A stretch of 19,861 nucleotides of DNA from Gemmatimonadota bacterium (GTDB lineage Bacteria > Latescibacterota > UBA2968 > UBA8231), in contig JAYOYH010000069.1 of NCBI GenBank assembly GCA_038153405.1, positions 1 through 19,861 of the forward strand, read 5' to 3'. Positions 16,315 through 19,861 of the stretch are shown in pieces (positions within the stretch are counted from its first letter, which is position 1; the number at the start of each line of letters is the position of its first letter). Under the pieces are notes generated by a model. That model did no database searches. It was not told where the DNA came from and saw only the letters and a list, made by a program, of their open reading frames with translations. A program made the translations under genes and the position numbers.

Positions 16315-16979
16315 TTACGCCCCTTTAAGCGACGCAAATAAATGCCATACCCCAGAATGAGAAGTACAATGCAAATCACCCCCCCAAGGCCCCCAAAGCC
16401 CTCCATACTCTCTTTCTGCTTTTTCGCTGATAGCTGTCCGCGAAAGCGTTGGTAGCGATCGCTCGGCGCGATTTGATCGGCCAGCTTTAAGGCGTTAGCC
16501 GCCTCGGTCAAGCGCTCGTCGCGAACCAAAATATTTATGTAGTTGAAGTGCGCCTCGACAAAGTCGGACTGTATCCTGCGGGCGATATCGAACTGTTTTT
16601 CCGCGCTTTCGTACTTTCCCTGCATCTGATAGCAGGTGCCCAGCCCGTTGCGCGCCATCGACTCGTAGCGGGGCGCGTCCCCACCCAGGGCAGCGGCCGC
16701 ACGGGCCGCTTTGATAAATAAGTTTTGCGCCCGGGTGTATTCGCCGCGGTCGTGGTAGATCAACGCCGAGTTGTATAGGGGCGCAAAGAGCTCCGGCTTG
16801 AGACGTAGGGCGTCGGCATAATAGCTCAGCGCGCGTTTTTCATCTCGCTCTAGCCCCTCCCCGGTCTGATAGTTAAAGCCCATTTCAAACAGTTCTTCGG
16901 CCGTATTTTGCGCCGAGGCCGATGCCCCCCAACAGAGAAGGACAGCGCACAGCAAAAGAAGTGTTCGCTCAGCAAGCAT
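16311..16979 (-). CDS. Exported Sel1/TPR-repeat protein with a C-terminal membrane anchor
   Basis: Signal peptide ending ASA-Q, Sel1-like FEMGFNYQTGEGLERDEKRALSYY, TPR-like ARNGLGTCYQMQGKYESAEKQF and FVEAHFN, then GFGGLGG + TM + RRLKGRN. Start ATG 16979 gives a clean signal peptide. Confidence 0.8.
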   Translation of the reverse strand: MLAERTLLLLCAVLLCWGASASAQNTAEELFEMGFNYQTGEGLERDEKRALSYYADALRLKPELFAPLYNSALIYHDRGEYTRAQNLFIKAARAAAALGGDAPRYESMARNGLGTCYQMQGKYESAEKQFDIARRIQSDFVEAHFNYINILVRDERLTEAANALKLADQIAPSDRYQRFRGQLSAKKQKESMEGFGGLGGVICIVLLILGYGIYLRRLKGRN

Positions 16980-17089
16980 AGGTGAAATGCCCTGTTTAGG
17001 ACGCGTTTCACAGCGCCGTGAAATCGCCGCCATTGCGGCAAAAGGGCCTCTATCGCGTCGGCGAGCCCCCTCGACCGCGAAGTGGGGTT

Positions 17090-17626
17090 CTAATTAACTC
17101 CGTGCCCTAGGCGCAGGGCGATAAACCAACCGAAGGCCAGGCACAGGGCAAAGGCGCTGCCGGCATACCACCACAGCGAAGGCGCGGAGTCATTTTCGCG
17201 CCGGGCCGGTCCTCGCGCAGTGGGGCGCACCGGAGGCAGTTGGGCCACGGCGCGCGTCAGTGCCACCTGGGGCTGGTGAATAAATTCGGCTACTTGCTCG
17301 TGCAAGCGGTGCATGACATAGGGATCATCGACCTCGTCGTAGTCGGCCAGATGGGACAGCGGCACCCATTGTACGGGGCGCAGTTCGGGCGCGATGGGAA
17401 ATTCGATTTGGACCTTTACCCGCGCATTAGAATAGCCGAGGAGGCGCACGTAATAGCGCACGCCTTCCGGCTCGTAGTCGATAAGGCAACAGCGATACCC
17501 CCTATTGCCCAGATAGAGCAGTCCATCTTCCACCTCGCGCAGTAAAGGTATGCTGTGCCGCCGCCGCGCCTCGATCAGTAGGGTGCGCAGTTGCCGTATA
17601 TTCGCATCGCCGCTGTAAACATTCAC
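17090..17626 (-). CDS. Hypothetical protein with a C-terminal TM helix
   Basis: 178-aa ORF starting (GTG) 4 nt after the mlaD stop. Globular N-terminal part, Pro/Arg-rich linker and TM WWYAGSAFALCLAFGWFIAL. Confidence 0.72.
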   Translation of the reverse strand: MNVYSGDANIRQLRTLLIEARRRHSIPLLREVEDGLLYLGNRGYRCCLIDYEPEGVRYYVRLLGYSNARVKVQIEFPIAPELRPVQWVPLSHLADYDEVDDPYVMHRLHEQVAEFIHQPQVALTRAVAQLPPVRPTARGPARRENDSAPSLWWYAGSAFALCLAFGWFIALRLGHGVN

Positions 17627-17630
17627 CGCA

Positions 17631-18563
17631 CTACTCGTCGTCTTTTTTGCTCGACCCAGTTATCAACTTCCACGGGCGTTGGCTGATCTCGCGCACCGAC
17701 TCAGATGCCGAGTGCAGATTGTCCAGCGTCGAATCAATTTGGCCCTGTTTTTGCACGACCATCGAATCGACTCGCCCGAGGACCCCATTTAACATTTCGA
17801 CAGACGAGCGCAATGCCTTTAGGGAATTGCGCACATCCTCGCGACTGCTGCTAACCAGCGTGTCTGTTTGCCGAACCACCCCACTTATTTGCTGTAAATT
17901 GGCCTGCAGTTGCTCGAGCACAGCTTCGGAGCCCGGACCGGTGCGCTCGACCAGCAGGCGACTGGCCACCATCATGCTATCGGCGCTGCCCGAAACGCGC
18001 TCAATGCTGCCGGCCACCCGGTGCATACTGTCGCCCAAGCGCCCCAGGCGATAGCCCAGATCGGCGCGGCGCAGACTCTCGCCGGCACCGCCCAATTTGT
18101 TGGCCATTTCCGTAATGCTGCTCACCAATTCCTTCATGCCGACGTCGTCGCGTCCGCGCAGCGCACTGCCGGGTGCCAAAGCCTGTTTCCCAGCCTGGCT
18201 CACGTCTAAAAAGATAAATGTGTCGCCCACCAGACCGCTGCTGCGTATTTCGGCGACGGTGCCTTCGGGCACGGGATATTTTTCTTCAATGGCCAGTTCG
18301 ACGAGAAAATGGGCCTCGCCCTGACCGGGATCCGGGCGGAACTCCACCGATTGCACCGCGCCGATGGGAAAGCCGCGCAGCTTAACCTGCGTGGCCTCGC
18401 TGACGTTATTGATGGCGTTGAATTGGGCGACGAGCACATAGCTGGGCCGTTCCTCGTGCTGTAGCAAGAGCAGCCAGACAAAAAATACCAGCGCTCCCAA
18501 TACGAACAGCCCAACCAGCGCATGGCCGCTTCGCCTATCGTGCAGCAATTTACGCTCCTGCAT
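17631..18563 (-). CDS. mlaD: MlaD/MCE-family protein
   Basis: N-terminal TM (LVGLFVLG), MCE domain VKLRGFPIGAV...AEIRSSGLVGDTFIFL, long helical region and terminal PWKLI. RBS AGGAG. Confidence 0.9.
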   Translation of the reverse strand: MQERKLLHDRRSGHALVGLFVLGALVFFVWLLLLQHEERPSYVLVAQFNAINNVSEATQVKLRGFPIGAVQSVEFRPDPGQGEAHFLVELAIEEKYPVPEGTVAEIRSSGLVGDTFIFLDVSQAGKQALAPGSALRGRDDVGMKELVSSITEMANKLGGAGESLRRADLGYRLGRLGDSMHRVAGSIERVSGSADSMMVASRLLVERTGPGSEAVLEQLQANLQQISGVVRQTDTLVSSSREDVRNSLKALRSSVEMLNGVLGRVDSMVVQKQGQIDSTLDNLHSASESVREISQRPWKLITGSSKKDDE

Positions 18564-18572
18564 ACGCTCTCC

Positions 18573-19355
18573 TCAACGGGGGGACAACGCCCCCCCCAAC
18601 TCGGCTCGCACCCAGGCGTGGTCGCTCAGACGCACGCTGTCCCCATCGCCCAAATCGATTAGTTTGCCCTCTTCAACCAACCAGAACCGCCCGCCTGCTC
18701 CCAACAGTGGCAGCAGGCGCGACGTGGTGATTAAGCGGGTTTGCACGCCGCGGTCCTGCGGGCGGCAAATGGCATCCACTAAGCTCCGCACCGTCGCATC
18801 ATCGAGCCCACCAAACGGATCGTCCACCATAGATATGGTGGGATCGCCTATGCGGGCACGGGCCAGTGCCACGCGAATCTTCTCTTCTCGATTGAGCGCA
18901 ACCGGGCGCAACCCGGGTCGTAGCAAATGGGCAATGCCCAACTCATCGGCTTCGATGCGACAGCGCGCGTCCACATCGCCATCGCGTCCACCTGCCGTGG
19001 CATGGTAAACTAGGGGGAGCGTGATATTGCGCTCGACGTCCATATTGTCGATCAGCCCCCCGTTCCACATCACCATGCCGATGCGGCGACGCAGCTGGTA
19101 GAGGGCCCCTTCATTCATATCGAAAACGGATTGGCCACCTACCAACACATCGCCCCACAGACGCACACCATCGCCCTCCTGCACGCCGGGCAACCCCAGT
19201 ATTAGACGCGGTATGAAGGATTTGCCGCTGCCCGGTGCTCCCCCAATGACGAGGGTCTGTCCAGCGGGTATGACAATGCTAATTCCGTCGAGAAAGCGAC
19301 GCCCGCCGACCTCTACGACGACATCGACAAACTCTATGTCGGCCTCGGAAAGCAC
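18573..19355 (-). CDS. MlaF-like ABC ATP-binding protein with degenerate catalytic motifs
   Basis: Walker A GAPGSGKS, LRRRIGMV, NMDVERNITLPL, RVALARA and DDPFGGLD. Located between mlaE and mlaD. Confidence 0.85.
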   Translation of the reverse strand: MLSEADIEFVDVVVEVGGRRFLDGISIVIPAGQTLVIGGAPGSGKSFIPRLILGLPGVQEGDGVRLWGDVLVGGQSVFDMNEGALYQLRRRIGMVMWNGGLIDNMDVERNITLPLVYHATAGGRDGDVDARCRIEADELGIAHLLRPGLRPVALNREEKIRVALARARIGDPTISMVDDPFGGLDDATVRSLVDAICRPQDRGVQTRLITTSRLLPLLGAGGRFWLVEEGKLIDLGDGDSVRLSDHAWVRAELGGALSPR

Positions 19356-19360
19356 CGCGT

Positions 19361-19861
19361 TTAGATCCAGTAGAACAGAGCGGAAATCAACGCACTCGAT
19401 ACAAAGACGAAAAACATCGACTGGATCACCCCCGAACGCGCCACCATCGGCACTTCAAAAGCGGCGCGGCGGGCGCGCAGCCCGTGAAAGCAGGAAAACA
19501 GCGCGATGCCACCGCCGAAGAGCACGCCCTTAGTGAGGCTCAAATATAAATCCAACGCCGAAAGCGAGGCGAAGATATAGTCGACATACAGGGAGAAGGG
19601 CATGGTGAGACGCGTGCTGGCCACCAGAAAACCTCCGATGAGAGCAATCGCATCGAAGTAGACAATCATGCAAAACAGCGATATGACCGATCCCAAAACG
19701 CGCGGCACGACCAAATAGTGCAATATGCTGATGCCCATGCCCTCGAGTGCTTCCACTTCACCGGTGATGCGGTTGGTCGCCATTTGCGCGGCCATCGCCG
19801 TGCCCGAGCGCGTAATCACGACCATAGCTGTAATGAGGGGGCCGAGCTCGCGCACGATGCT
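19361..19861 (-). CDS. mlaE: MlaE-family ABC permease (5'-truncated by the window edge)
   Basis: VRELGPLITA, RSGTAMAA, EALEGMGI...YLVVPR, KGVLFG and SCFHG. The frame is open to the window end. Confidence 0.92.
   Translation of the reverse strand, partial: SIVRELGPLITAMVVITRSGTAMAAQMATNRITGEVEALEGMGISILHYLVVPRVLGSVISLFCMIVYFDAIALIGGFLVASTRLTMPFSLYVDYIFASLSALDLYLSLTKGVLFGGGIALFSCFHGLRARRAAFEVPMVARSGVIQSMFFVFVSSALISALFYWI

Noticed and set aside
1..19861. CRISPR arrays, tRNA/rRNA genes, IS/integrase/phage genes, defence systems
   Set aside because: No repeat-spacer periodicity, cloverleaf, or transposase/integrase/nuclease motifs were seen, and nearly all of the sequence is accounted for by intact genes.

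Overview
A gene-dense, moderately GC-rich bacterial chromosomal window from a diderm organism (it encodes TolC and Mla/MCE proteins). No mobile elements, rRNA/tRNA genes or CRISPR arrays were seen. From left to right: (1) a caa3-type, type-A2 cytochrome c oxidase block (subunits II+cyt c, I, III, IV) ending at a bidirectional terminator; (2) a minus-strand run of a small 2-TM protein, an orphan TolC, a DUF362 protein and a GroEL-less GroES homolog; (3) a stand-alone glucarate-dehydratase-family enolase and a CPWS glutaredoxin; (4) an intact but isolated fliG with candidate sigma70 and sigma28 promoters, followed by a tail-anchored microprotein; (5) a cobalamin-riboswitch-headed, tightly spaced 7-gene operon (btuD-btuF-btuC-sulfotransferase-pduO-lipoprotein-HTH/MBL hydrolase); (6) an mlaE/mlaF-like/mlaD cluster whose ATPase is degenerate, followed by two C-terminally anchored proteins. 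The best leads are the orphan FliG together with a nearby 'mini-FliF-like' 2-TM protein, the sulfotransferase and other accessory genes inside the B12 salvage operon, and the MlaF pseudo-ATPase. All family calls come from motif recognition by eye; no searches were run.
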